Positions 1 to 12,420 are shown, counted from the whole stretch's first letter. The stretch: DNA of 62,458 nucleotides, filler included, from Basidiobolus ranarum (GCA_040143965.1; 9 parts of 9 records of this genome joined end to end with filler, not necessarily neighbours in it), one strand, 5' to 3'. Numbers and translations are program-made. The notes: generated by a model not told the origin, from the sequence alone.

Positions 1-863
1 TCGATGACGTTGCAATAAACCTTGGAGTTATCAGTGTTTCTCAAGACAATTCCTCCAGCACTGTTGCGGATGGTATTGTAGCGGATTGTAGCCTTACTAG
101 ACTTGACAGAAATGATTTCTGGATCACCGTCGCAAGCCTCAAAGAGATTGTATTGAACATAAGCACCAGATTCCGGCCCATTAGGGAAATCTTTATGCCC
201 GTTTCCAAGTGCAATAGCTTCACCACCATTGGAGGAAGCAGCCACAATGTCATGAAAGTATGAATGATCAACTTGAAAGTTTGTAGCAATAGGGACTGTC
301 TTGGAGTTTCCGTCAGAAGCCATGATAATTGGTGAGCCTTGGCCTGTCTTTGGTCCGAAATCACAACGATCAATACGAACAGAGTCTGAGCTGGCCTTGA
401 CGACAAGCCAATCATGATTTTTTCCATCGGCGGGATCTCTAATCTTGAATGATGATCTTGTAATACGACAGCTCTGGCAACCTTCAATTTCAACACGCTG
501 ACCGGAACCATTGAAGGTGAAGCCATCGAGTACTACGTACTCATTGTCTTTGAGGTTGAAATCATTGCTGAGAACTGCTTTACCAATATTCTTAGCACGG
601 ATCACAATTGGTGCATCCTGAGTACCCTTAGCATTCCGAACATCAACGATAGAACTATAGTCACCATCATTGAGAATGAAGCATGAACCAGGTGTAGCTT
701 TGCCTAACTTAGCGACAAGGTCTTTGGCGTTGGCTATTGGTAGTGTTTGAACACATGAAGGAAGTGGATCATTTAAAAGATCACTTTTGGGTAAAGCAGC
801 ATTGGCAGTAATGAAAACTGATGCTAGCACAGTACTTGCAAAAAGAGTAGATAGATGAACCAT
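1..863 (-). CDS. Secreted polysaccharide lyase family 6 (chondroitinase B/alginate lyase-like beta-helix), copy 1, 3' end cut by window/contig start
   Basis: ATG at 863 (MVHLSTLFASTVLASVF signal peptide). Reads through ILNDGDY, GTQDAPIVIRA, NGGEAIALG, CDGDPEIISVKS and GGIVLRNT, and is a clear paralog of the genes starting at 3267 and 5636. The ORF track shows only an out-of-frame shadow ORF (41..526). Confidence 0.85.
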   Translation of the reverse strand, partial: MVHLSTLFASTVLASVFITANAALPKSDLLNDPLPSCVQTLPIANAKDLVAKLGKATPGSCFILNDGDYSSIVDVRNAKGTQDAPIVIRAKNIGKAVLSNDFNLKDNEYVVLDGFTFNGSGQRVEIEGCQSCRITRSSFKIRDPADGKNHDWLVVKASSDSVRIDRCDFGPKTGQGSPIIMASDGNSKTVPIATNFQVDHSYFHDIVAASSNGGEAIALGNGHKDFPNGPESGAYVQYNLFEACDGDPEIISVKSSKATIRYNTIRNSAGGIVLRNTDNSKVYCNVI

Positions 864-1748
864 AGTGAATATGGTCTATAACAAGAGAAGTTCATCGTTT
901 TTTATATTGATTTATGACCGGAATGTAGTGCTCTCAAGTACAAAGGCATGATTGTACACATGTCTAGATGATATAATATACCGTAAAAACTTCCCCATTC
1001 AAAAACAAGGTAATTCATTAGCATTCAGAAACTTGTACAAGTACGACTATAACAAATTGGTAGATATCCGAATATCACTAACTGAAGTTCATTATCTCTT
1101 TAAAAATGACCCACAATTAGCTAGGCGCATGCTTGGCGTTAATACTATGCATTAGTGTATTTGAAACGGGGAATATCTTGTCCTGATTAATTTAGTAACC
1201 AATGTGTAACACAATTGACGAGCGACGCTTCATGGAAAGAGGCCTAAGATCTTCAAAGTAAGTGAATTATTCGGTTATAGCGTAAACTCGAACCAATGAT
1301 TTATTCACGTAATCCACCTGAGGATGCTGATACTATATACTTGAACAAGTTCGAACTTGAAAGAGCTCTATCTTCTTCAGTGCCCAGAGTTTTGTAGCTA
1401 ATTCCGATTGGAAAGATCAGCCATATGGATGGGAAAATCCAACTTAGTGTACATATTAGTGACACCTTACTATCGCTTAATATACCTTGGAAATCGGTCA
1501 ACCACTTATCAATTTAACCAAGTAATTGGAGGTCATCATTAAGTTAAGTTAATTGAAATGGACGAGCACATACAATATTGTAATGAACACAATCCACAAG
1601 CAACTAATGAATTCTAAAATTAGCGATGCTATCAATTTATTGGTGAATCTCGGTTCAACAAAAGAATTACGTAAATAGTGTGGTTCTAGCCTAAAACTTT
1701 TAGTCTGCATAAAGCATTAGGAAATATTACTGCAGGTAATGATGTAGC

Positions 1749-3267
1749 TTAAAGAGGAAAGTTTAATCCAACATCCTTGGGAGTCAATGGATTACGCTTG
1801 ACAGGGGCATTGGAAAGTTCATCAGCACCAATGTCTGGTTTTCCATCATTACGAGGTTGGCCCTGAATATCATCGTTAGTCGAAAAGATGGTTTTCACGG
1901 CAGTACTATTGACAGATGGACTTCCAGAAGTCAACAAATAGTCACTGTTCAATTTGAAATCAGCCACGGTAACAAACCCTTGAGCAGGAACATCTTTAGC
2001 ACCATTTAAGACCAAATTTCCAGAGTAAGAAGTTTTTGATTCCTTAGTCAACTTGAGAATGATATTGGAACCTCCGATTATGTTGTTAGCAAAGGTATTC
2101 TCAGATGGGAAAAGGGAGGGGTCAGTGGGATTTTCATTCCAGGACATTTCAATTGGGCCGAAAAGAGTATTATGGACCAACTCGGATTTACTGGCCGCTC
2201 TGTGGGAATCACCGCGCTTGGGACTCAACTAAAACATAATAGATGGGTAGTGAGTTTAGGGTTAGGGGCGGGATAGTTCGCCATAAAAATGACAATATAT
2301 TTACCGCAAGTGTGCGACCTTCAATATCGTAAATCAGATTATTAGAAACGATGTGACCAGTACCATGTATGCGAACGCCGGCGGAACCCTTCTTATTTTT
2401 ACCATCGATGACGTTGCAATAAACCTTGGAGTTATCAGTGTTTCTCAAGACAATTCCTCCAGCACTGTTGCGGATGGTATTGTAGCGGATTGTAGCTTTA
2501 CTAGACTTGACAGAAATGATTTCTGGGTCCCCATCACATGATTCAAAGAGATTGTATTGAACATAGGCACCAGATTCAGGCCCATTAGGAAAATCTGGAT
2601 GAGTATTTCCAAGTGCAATGGCCTCACCACCATTAGAAGAGGTAGGGATAAGGTCATGGAAGTATGAATGATCAACTTGAAAGTTCGTAGCAATAGGGTC
2701 TGTCTTGGAGGCTCCATTGGAAGCTATGATAATTGGGGAACCCTGAGCTTTCTTTGGTCCGAAATCACAACGATCAATACGAACTGAATCTGAATTGGCC
2801 TTGACGACAACCCAATCGTAATTTCCTCCATCGGTAGGATCTCTAATCTTGAATGATGATCTTGTGATGCGGCAACTCTGACAACCGACGATTTCGATTC
2901 GTTGGGACGGGCCATTGAAGGTAAAGCCGTCGAGTACTACATACGCATTATCCCTGAAACTCATTATTTGGGTGAGAACAGCCTTACCAATATTCTTAGC
3001 ACGGATAACGATTGGTGCATCCCGAGTACCCTTTGCATTCCGAATATCCCCAATAGCACTATAGTCGCCGTCATTTAGAATGAAGCATGAGCCAGGTGTA
3101 GCTTTGCCTAGTTTGGCGACAAGGTCTTTGGCGTTGGCTATTGGCAGTGTTTGTAAGCAAGGTGGAAGTGGGTCATTTAAGAGATCACTCTTTGGCAGAG
3201 CAGCATTGGCAGTGATGAAAACAGATGCGAGAACAGTACTCGCAAAAAGAGTTGATAGATGAACCAT
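1749..3267 (-). CDS. Secreted PL6 polysaccharide lyase, copy 2, 480 aa, two exons (3267-2305, 2228-1749)
   Basis: Phase-0 intron 2229-2304 (GTAAAT...TTTTAG) joins the 352-aa and 159-aa ORFs. PL6-type motifs NGGE, EIISVKS, LR, GVRIHG. C-terminal DIQGQPR...PDIGADE tail resembles bacterial beta-helix proteins. Confidence 0.85.
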
Positions 3268-4134
3268 GGTGAATATTGTTTACGAAGAGGGATGCGTGCT
3301 GCATTTTATATAGCTTATGGACATAGAATTTGTACATTTCATTCTAAGCCTATGCTTGTACACCTGATAGAAACCTCCATTCGAAAACAAATTACTGATT
3401 TGTCTCTAGAAACTAGTACAAGTACGACTGTTGTAAAAATACGAATACCAGAACTTCACTTACTAAAGCTCAACACTTGCTATAAAAACTCTATCGATTG
3501 AATGGAGATAAACTTGGGCTGGCACTTTTCCTTTGTGGATTGGAACAGCAAGGTATCCGAACCCAATTGGTATGAGTACAAGTGTGTAACATAATAAATT
3601 GAAGGTGTACAAGAGCAAGGTAAAGAGTTGAAGATCAATTTTGCACATAAAGTATTGGGCTACAATAAAATTTCAAATTGGACGGACACTACAAATTGTC
3701 CAACTCTACTTTATATGGAGTTCTTGATACTCTCAGATACAAATTGCTTTATTGTCATATCCCATAGGAAAGGATCAGCCATGGGAAAATCTAGCCGAGT
3801 CTTTTACATTGGTTATTTATTTATTTAATTGAATCGGGGGAGAGAGCCAAATTTTGTCTCCATAATTGGGTATCTATTTATCTAAAGTACCACATAGTTT
3901 CAACCACGACTATTTCGAGTTAGTAATAGATATAACTAACAGTGTGTGATGACATGACCCACAAATAAAAGATCCAAAATTAATGAATGCTAAATCAGTG
4001 ATACTATTAGTTTATTGGTATTCTAGTGAATTTCGGTTCGACAAAAGTATTACGTAAATAATGAATGCAATTTCAATGTAAGATTTTTGTTTGGTATTAA
4101 GACTAGTAAATGCCACAATGTACAATATTACGGT

Positions 4135-5636
4135 TTAAAGAGGAAAGCTTGGTCCAACATCCTCGGGAGTTAATGGATTACGCTTGATGCGTGCATTAGA
4201 GAGCTCGTCAGCACCGACGTCTGGTTTTCCATCATCACGAGGTTGACCTTGAATATCATCGCTAACCCAGAAGGTGGTAGTCACAGCGGTGCTATTGACG
4301 GATGGACTGCTGGAAGTCAACATGTAGTTACTGTTCAATTTGAAATCAGCTACGGCAGCGAAACCATTAGCGGGAACATCTTTGGCACTTTTTAAGACCA
4401 AATTTCCAGTGTAGATAGTATTTGATTCTTTGGTCATTTTGAGAAGAACATTGGTACCACCGATGATGTTGTTAGCAATTGTGTTATCGGATGGGAAAAG
4501 GGATGAGTCAGTTGGATTTTCATTCCAAGACATTTCAATTGGAGCAAAGAAAGTATTATGGACAGATTTTGACTTGTTAGCAGGCCTGTGAGTATCACCA
4601 CGCTTGGGACTCAGCTATATATAAAAAGATTAGAAACTTGTCTATCTATTTTTAAATGAACAGTATATTGTACCATGAGTGCATTTCCATCGATGTTGTA
4701 AATCAGATTGTTGGAGATACTGTGGCCGGTACCATGTAAGCGAATTCCTGTGGACCCTTTTTTGTTGTTTCCATCGATGGTGTTACCATAAACCTTGGAG
4801 TTATCAGTGTTTCTCAAGACAATGCCTCCAGCACTATTACGAATAGTATTGTAACGGAGAGTAGCGCCGCTAGACTTAACAGAAATGATTTCTGCATCGC
4901 CATCGCAGGCTTCGAAGAGATTGTATTGGACGTTGGCGCCGGATTCGGGACCATTAGGGAAATCTGGATGAGTATTTCCAAGTGCAATGGCCTCACCACC
5001 ATTAGAAGAGGTAGGGATAAGGTCATGGAAGTAAGAACGATCAATTTGCAAGTTAGTGGCAATTGGGACTGTTTTGGAGGCTCCATTAGAAGCCATAATA
5101 ATTGGAGAACCCTGAGCTTTCTTTGGTCCGAAATCACAACGATCAATACGAACCGAATCTGAGTTGGCCTTGATGACTAGCCAATCGTAATTTTTTCCAT
5201 CGGTAGGATCTCTAATCTTGAATGATGATCTTGTAATACGACAGCTCTGGCAACCTTCAATTTCAACACGCTGACCGGAACCATTGAAGGTGAAGCCGTC
5301 GAGGACTACATACGCATTGTCTCTGAATTTGAATACTTTGGTGAGAACAGCCTTACCAGTATTCTTAGCGCGGATAACAATTGGTGCAGCTTGGGTACCC
5401 TTAGCATTACGAATATCCCCAATAGCACTGTAGTCACCGTCGTTTAGAATGAAGCATGAACCAGGTGTAGCTTTCCCTAACTTAGCGACAAGATCTTTAG
5501 CATCAGATACTGGCAATGTTTGAATACAAGGTGGAAGTGGATCATCAAGGACATCACGCTCAGGCAAAGCAGCACTGCCGGTAACAAAAATGCAAGCAAG
5601 TATAGTACTAGCAAAGAGAGTAGATAGATGAACCAT
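4135..5636 (-). CDS. Secreted PL6 polysaccharide lyase, copy 3, 480 aa, two exons (5636-4674, 4614-4135)
   Basis: Intron 4615-4673 (GTACAA...ATATAG) at the same codon as in copy 2, with identical exon lengths (963+480 nt) and the same motifs. Confidence 0.85.
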
Positions 5637-6871
5637 GAAGAATGTGAATGTATTTCAATGCAAGAGGAATGCACCACTTTATATTCACAACTGAATGAAC
5701 AATACATCCTTAGGTTTCAAACACCAACAAGCGTATCGTAATTAACCGTTTAACATCCGGGGACACAAGCAACTAAGAGGATATATTTCTGTATTCAATT
5801 TCCCAACAACAAATGATGACTAGTGAAATTAAGAAAATGCACCAGTTCAAGCGCCGTACCATCCATATATATCCCATTGTATGACTTAAGTATTACTGCA
5901 ACTGTATGTTCACAGTGGATAGGAAAATTCGAGAGCAAATGGTTAGGAAGAAATGCAGTGTGATCTTATTGATCAAGCTCTGCCCAAGCCTTGCATTAAA
6001 TACTGGTTCTATTCGCAATATGCTTAATGTAACCGATGAATCCATATAAAGTTAAAGCACTATTTTTTGTTTCATATGGGCGCCAAGTTATCTGGATTAT
6101 CAGGTGTGGATCTTCGTGGCAGGCTATAGGGGGAATATATTGTGCAGTACTTCTATGAGAAAATAACCAACGATGATGAACAAGATAATCCAATAAAACT
6201 GTGGTGGTAGTGATTGTGGGGAACAAAAAGTGGCTACAGTGGTCCTAAATATTGCATGTTCAATTCATTGCGGACTTAATCCTTAACCCTAAATATGTCA
6301 TAATTAAATTACTTTGCTCAAAGTTGCATAAGTAGCCTAGGTTGATGAGGTTTCTAAACATAGATATCTACAATTACTAAGTTTGCTAAGATATAGGTGT
6401 GTAAGCTCAATAAAATGTTTTTGTGAGACTTGTTCCTACTATTACAATAGTTTAACTTTTGCTACAAGTGGTGAGATGCTACTAAGGTGCAAAGCTTGTG
6501 ACAAATTTTACCCGGTAATGTTGCACTAGACAGATATGTAGCACACTTCATTTCCAACGAATATTCTCGAATGAGGGATTGGTATTTATCCACTGTAGTG
6601 GTTGATCTTAAATTTGTGAATATCTAGAATTTAATAGTGATTACATATTGGTATGTAAAGCTCTTTATTCTTCCTCACTATATACAATAATACTAGTATA
6701 TGTAAGGTTATCTTCAGGCTATATGATTACTCGTATAGTGCTTTGATGTTAGCTACTCAAGGAGTGAAGGACCAATGACACTTCATTACCAACATTCATA
6801 TATTATTTTAATTACATATAGCGATAGCTCACTGAGTGGTTGATTTTATATATATATAGCCAACTTGAAAG

Positions 6872-6971
6872 NNNNNNNNNNNNNNNNNNNNNNNNNNNNN
6901 NNNNNNNNNNNNNNNTTAATTAATTAANNNNNNNNNNNNNNNNNNNNNNNNNNNNNNNNNNNNNNNNNNNN
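6872..6971. other. Artificial contig linker N44-TTAATTAATTAA-N44
   Basis: Stop-in-all-frames spacer, repeated identically eight times in the window. Confidence 0.98.
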
Positions 6972-7060
6972 GCTTCTAATACTCAAAGTCTACCCCCATT
7001 ATGTCAAGATCCTCCAACAGTGCTCAAATAATGCAAAAACCCATGAGCCCATTGAAAAGC
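6972..7060 (-). repeat. Fragment of unidentified dispersed repeat family 2
   Basis: AAAAACCCATGAGCCCATTGAAAAG matches ~42270 and ~55150. The reverse complement GGATCTTGACATAATGGGGG matches ~43471-43490. Confidence 0.6.
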
Positions 7061-7075
7061 TTGGGGCTCACAATC

Positions 7076-7421
7076 TGTTAAAGTATTTTGGAGCCTGTTG
7101 GAAGTGGTATGGAGAATTAGAGAAATTGGTGGTTTTCACTTATTGATATATTAAATAGAGAGTTGACATTTATAGTTTTGCTAGATGTAAGCAAAATAAT
7201 GTGTAGATTGTGTTAAGGAAGGTCCCAGGAACATATGTGCAAAGTTTGTGGCCTCTAGTGCAAGCTTGAAAAATCAATATATCTGAGAACTTTTAAGTTG
7301 GTAAAATATTCCAAGTAAATTCTGATTGAGAATGATGGATAATATCATAGTTCATTATAAGATAACTAAGTACTAAGCTATATATGACTATATAGGTGCT
7401 TAGGCAATGCTAATTTCAACA
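7076..7421 (-). mobile_element. Ty1/copia LTR followed by degenerate PBS
   Basis: Minus strand TGTTGAAATTAGCATTGCC...AATACTTTAACA, then GATTGTGAGCCCCAAG. Homologous to LTRs at 33732, 26482 and 21467. Confidence 0.85.
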
Positions 7422-7430
7422 CTCATAACC

Positions 7431-7760
7431 TGTTGAAGTATTCTGGGAGTCTGATGGAAGTGGTTTGGAGAAATAGAGAAATTGGTGGTTTTAACTTATT
7501 GATTTATTGAGTATTCAGTTGACAATTATAGTTTTGTCAACATGTAAGCTAACAAGTGTGTAAAGTGTATTAAGGAAAGTCTCAGGAACATGTGAGCAAA
7601 GTTTGGGGCTTCTAGTGCAAGTCTAAAGAACTTAAATATCTGAGAACTTTTAAGTAAATTCCTCATGGGAGTAGTAAGTGATATCTTGGTTCAATATGGG
7701 ATAGCTGAATAATAAGCATTATATGTCTATATAGGTGTTTAGGCAGTGCTAATTTCAACA
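7431..7760 (-). mobile_element. Ty1/copia LTR followed by PBS start GGTTATGAG (7430-7422)
   Basis: TGTTGAAATTAGCAC...AATACTTCAACA, TG...CA termini, same family as the adjacent LTR. Confidence 0.85.
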
Positions 7761-8493
7761 AAATTCTCATTACTTTTTGTTCAGCTCTTTAATTTCACAT
7801 CTAATTGAACAGTGGTGCCTGCAATTTTGGGACTTGATTCACAGATATGTTGACTGATTAACTTTATTGATTGTGTTATTATTACAGGAGTATTTATGGG
7901 AAAATTGAGTGATATTTGCGACAAATTTGAGAGTTCTACAAATTTGCAACTTACCTATTGGAGCAACGGTCCATAACCAACGTTTATTTTAACTTCCGGT
8001 TCCACACCTGTTTATTTTGAAACTCATGTAGAATAATAGTACCTAAGTTATGCTTCACCATGTAATTCTTGACTATGAATAAGGAAGGGCAAGGACAGTC
8101 AATAAATTAAGAATGAAAAGAATCTTTTAAGAACAATTCAGCTCTGCTCTAGAGCCACTGTTAGGCATAACAATCGAATAGTTACATTCTACGACTTTTG
8201 ATGCGATGAGGATTGCTACTGCTTGTGTAACTAAACTAACAATAATTAAAGAGAGAGGATTTCTCCAGTGAAAATATTCATTCATGTTGCCAGCTGTACA
8301 CTCTTTGTGTGGATGCTTACACATGCTCACAAGATGCACAGAGCTATTTGTTAAGGACAGCAATATTGACGCTCATTCACTGATTGATACATGAAGTCGG
8401 AATTGAGTTTTAAGCTCCATTGTTTCTAGAATAACAACGACAATCAAGTAATGTACTGATACATTATAAGTAGCAAATGGCGATGGAATGATC

Positions 8494-8606
8494 AGAGCAA
8501 ATAGGATTGGGCATACGAAAGCAATTAAAATAAACTCTGGTACTTAGAGCAAATAGGACTGGGCATACGAAGGTAATTAAAGAGAGGGGGTAATTAAAGA
8601 GAGGGT
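8494..8606. repeat. Short local direct repeats downstream of the ArfGAP gene
   Basis: AGAGCAAATAGGA(T/C)TGGGCATACGAA at 8494 and 8546 (period 52), then GGTAATTAAAGAGAGGG twice. Confidence 0.7.
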
Positions 8607-8696
8607 TATACAACTGTGCAGATTAAAACAAAATCTTCATAAATTTCACAAAACGTTGACTAAATAGATTCAAAAACAATAGAAAGCCAGCTCCAG

Positions 8697-11600
8697 TTAT
8701 TTGAACAATCGTGCAACACCCATTGTTTCTAGTTTGCTAGATAGCAATTTGCTAGGCGGGGAAACAGACACGTTATCTGTTAGCGATTGATTTTCCAGTT
8801 GAACAGAATACGTCGATGGAGATGGATTTTGATATATTTGTTTGTCTGCAGCAGAAACCCCGTTAGTGTTGGATTGACTACTTCTAGCTAGAGCATCGCG
8901 TAATATTTGTCCACATAAATCACCGGTTAGAACTGCCCAAACATATGGTGTTTTTCCATAATGATCCAGGATTTTAGGATTGCTCCCTTTGGATAATAGA
9001 TACTTCACCGCTCCAGGATTCCCTCTAATTGTAGCTGTATGTAGAAGAGTAAAGCCACTCTGCGGTACGCACTGGTTAATATCAGCTCCGTTTTGAATCA
9101 AAAACTCTGCAATTGGAAACGTAGGAAACGTCCTCTCCAAAGATTCGTTATTTACTTGGATGTTAAATTCTGTTATGGGCGCTGCTTCGTTTCGGCCTTG
9201 GTGAGTTCCTAATGGTAGGTCGGCGATAGTATGCAAGTTTAATGGTGTGGATAAAGCCAATTGCAGTGGAGTGACACCTTCATCCTCGACAGGAGTCTCC
9301 AAGAATGCGGCATACGTCATCTTCGCTGTTAGCTCTGGACAGTTTCTCAGTTTACGATAGTTCAAGTCAGCGCCAAGAGCAAACGCTCGAACAACTTCTT
9401 GGATGTCGTTACTCTCAATAGCTTTGAATAGAAGCTCAGTCGCGTAAGTTTGGAATGGATCTTCACCCGGCTGTAATAGACATGAAGTAGAAGCAGCTTT
9501 AAAAGATGACGGCTCCTGGGAAAACATAACAGAGTAATCTAGAAAGCTTCGCTCGACATATTTGGCTTTGATAAAGGCGGCTTTGACATCTCTACTATCG
9601 TTGTTGGTTGGCTTTGCTCTACCTTGTTTGTTAACGGAGTCACGAGATAGCGTAGCTTCCCATATCGAATTCGAGAGTTCATTTCCTATTTTCTTTACCA
9701 TGTCGACAAGGTCTGGTGTAAATGAATTATCCAACGTCAATGAGCGGATCTTAGAAATGTGTGTTCCCAAACTCCGATGAACCCCTGAGCATTCTAAATA
9801 TCAAATAAATCATTAGATTTCCATCCAAGCAGTTACGCAGCCATAAATGGTTACTGAAAATCGAGCTAATCCCTAAGCTAATCCCAACATTACCAGTACA
9901 TAACAAAATCTCAACATTACCAATACATAACAAAATCCCAAGATTAATCGAGCACCATTCAGGGTTTTTGGACGCACAATCGGCACAACAATGATTACTC
10001 GGGTCAGCTCTAAATATGGATATCAAACTGGATTCCTGGTACTCGTCTGAAAAATCCTCGGATTTCTTGCGTGTAGACTCATTGTCACTTGATATGGCCA
10101 ATGCCCGTAAGTCCGGAGATGAGCCAGTTCCGTTTAATTGAGACTCGATAGCATTCTTGAGTACATTGATCCAATCCGCCATATCTTCATAAGAGAGCGC
10201 TTGATAAAGCCTACGCTCCTGCAACGTTACCAACTCAAAGCAAAATCTCCTCTCAGCGTCAGGGACTTGCCTGACTGAAGAGAGCTTTAGACTTATAGAG
10301 GCTTTATGTGCGTCAGGCTTCTTTTTCCAGTTGATGATTTCTGAGAATTGTCCTTTTGAGATTACACACCAGTTGCTTTGCCACGAGCTTTCGAGATTAG
10401 GTGTTCTTTGTCGATTTGGCGAGTACAATACACCTTCCTTATGTCGCCCAGCCGATGAAACTTGCTCGGCATTGAACGCGCTCATATCACGAATACCTCC
10501 GATACGATTGGAGAGTTTGTCGCGAAAAGCAGAGGATTTGGAACGAACTAATGAGACGAAGTTACGGCTGTTTTCCGATTTTGCAGGAACATCAAGATTT
10601 TCAGATGCTCTTGGCCCAGAGATCAACTTGCCAATTTGCTCGCTTTTCTCCTCCATTAATCTCCTTTGCTCGGTGGCGATAGCAGATTGCTTATTTAAAT
10701 AACTCTCAATATCACTTAATTCCTCTTTGTACTCACCCGCGATGGAATTCGCTCTCCGAATATGATCGAAGCATTTTTGCCCAAAATTGGCAAAGCATAG
10801 CATGAGCTCCTCCTCTTTAGGTCCTTCCGTAAGCTCATGGATGTACGTGTAAAACTCAAGAATCTTTTGCTCAAACAGGCTGCGTTTATTTTCATACTTC
10901 TGATCGGAGCTGACCTGTTTGCGTGACTTGTCTCGATCATTTTTCATGGAAAGATGCTTAGCCTCGACGTGATAAAACTCGTCCGCTTCTCGCATGAATT
11001 CTTTGGTTTTGTGGTCGACTAGCTTTATGTCCTTCTCGTAGATGCGCTGTAAAGGATAGAATATCAATATACGCATCTGCTTTTGTAATACCTCGCGGTC
11101 TTTTAACATTTGATAGAAAACAGGATCAATGAATTTAAGTATCGGCTCTAGCGACTTGATCGACTTGATTGTGCCAAGCAAACTACCGCTAACTCTTATT
11201 AGCTGTTGACAAACTTCGTCGTAGGTTGCAATAGCCTTCATCAATTTCTTGATCTCGTATTTGAAGGTAGCTACCTTCTTCTCCGATTGTTGAATCTTGT
11301 ATCTCAACAGAGGAGAATCTACGATATCTATATTGAACGGCTCCGACCGCTCACGTTTGTGTGTTGAAGCCATTTTAGACGGTGAAATGGTTTCCTCTTC
11401 TTTTCCTGGTTGCGGAAGTTCTTTCTCCAACATAAATTGTTCGATCTCTTCGGAAGGAGATGTCTTTAAATCCCACTGAAAAGAGTTGATCTTTGAAGTC
11501 AACGGGGATAATCTATCAGATTTGCGCTTTTCCAAGCTAGTCTCACCAATACAACTGGACATATGAGTTCTAGAAGAATAATTGGACTCGGAGGAATCTA

Positions 11601-12420
11601 CACGCTGGAGTTGAAGTAAATTACTAGCGGAGAAAGCACCATGGGTGTCCATCCATAAATCGAAATGGAATTGTTCTTCGTAAGTGTTGGTATTGGTATC
11701 GAATATGACGAACTAAATTAGATTCATATATTAGTCGTGAAAAACTGTTATATCATGATGTTATTATTAGAGTATTACTTGAAATTCTACCTACCATGAA
11801 ATTGCCTCTAAGCCCTTTGCTAGTTGATTCATAATGTCGCGAACGACTCCATTTCCAAGTCCACTGGAATGTTGACGCAACATTAATCGGAAGGGTATCG
11901 ACGATGAATATATCTCCATGTTCATAAATCTAAACTCTCATGGACAAATCTTTGTTTAACGAACTATTGATGAAAGTTGTTGATAGTATACGAAAGAACT
12001 CATCATCACCTTATCACTCTTTGGTTCAATGTTTGTTAGTAATTTGACAGCTGCAGAAGCTGTAGGACATTGAACTAGTGCCAATATCTTGAAATCAGCC
12101 AAAGTAACTTCAAGGTTGAATTCAAATTGAACAGGTCCTTCATAGCAAGGCAACTTGAGCAAGGCTTTATCGCGAGAGATCGGGTCCTGTATAAACTCCA
12201 ATAAGTCTACTCCTTGGTTTTGCGCGTATAGGCGATTGTCATGATTTTGTAAAGTGATGAAAGGAGTTTCTGCCAAACTGGCAATAGTTACGTGGGAAAA
12301 TTTGACTAATGAAGTAGTTTTAAAGAGTGGTACAACTATCACAATATTCTAATAAAGGGTACCTCTATCTGAAAATACTTTCACTGCGCCTGAGCAGATA
12401 TGAGGCTCCGTTGAACCCAT
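8697..12420 (-). CDS. ArfGAP with BAR, PH, ArfGAP zinc finger and ankyrin repeats (ACAP/Age1/Cnt5 type); exact start uncertain
   Basis: DSPLLRYKI (BAR start), PH domain (KEGVL...ERRFCFEL...YQA...WI), CADC-x16[24 protein letters not shown] after removing intron 9794-9920, ankyrin repeats (GVTPL, GFTLLH, GKTPY). Upstream exons (EFIQDP, FQWTWKW, FVIFD...FDLW) join through introns 11930-12009 and ~11712-11793. Candidate ATG at 12420 is tentative. Confidence 0.9.

Noticed and set aside
41-526. 161-aa ORF and its relatives (2445..2717, 2724..2915, 4814..5146) as a second overlapping gene family
   Set aside because: Out-of-frame shadows of the PL6 paralogs; they are similar only because the underlying genes are.
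6916-6927. TTAATTAATTAA palindrome recurring every ~6.9 kb as a biological periodic element or CRISPR-like repeat
   Set aside because: Always flanked by exactly 44 N on each side; it is a synthetic six-frame-stop linker.
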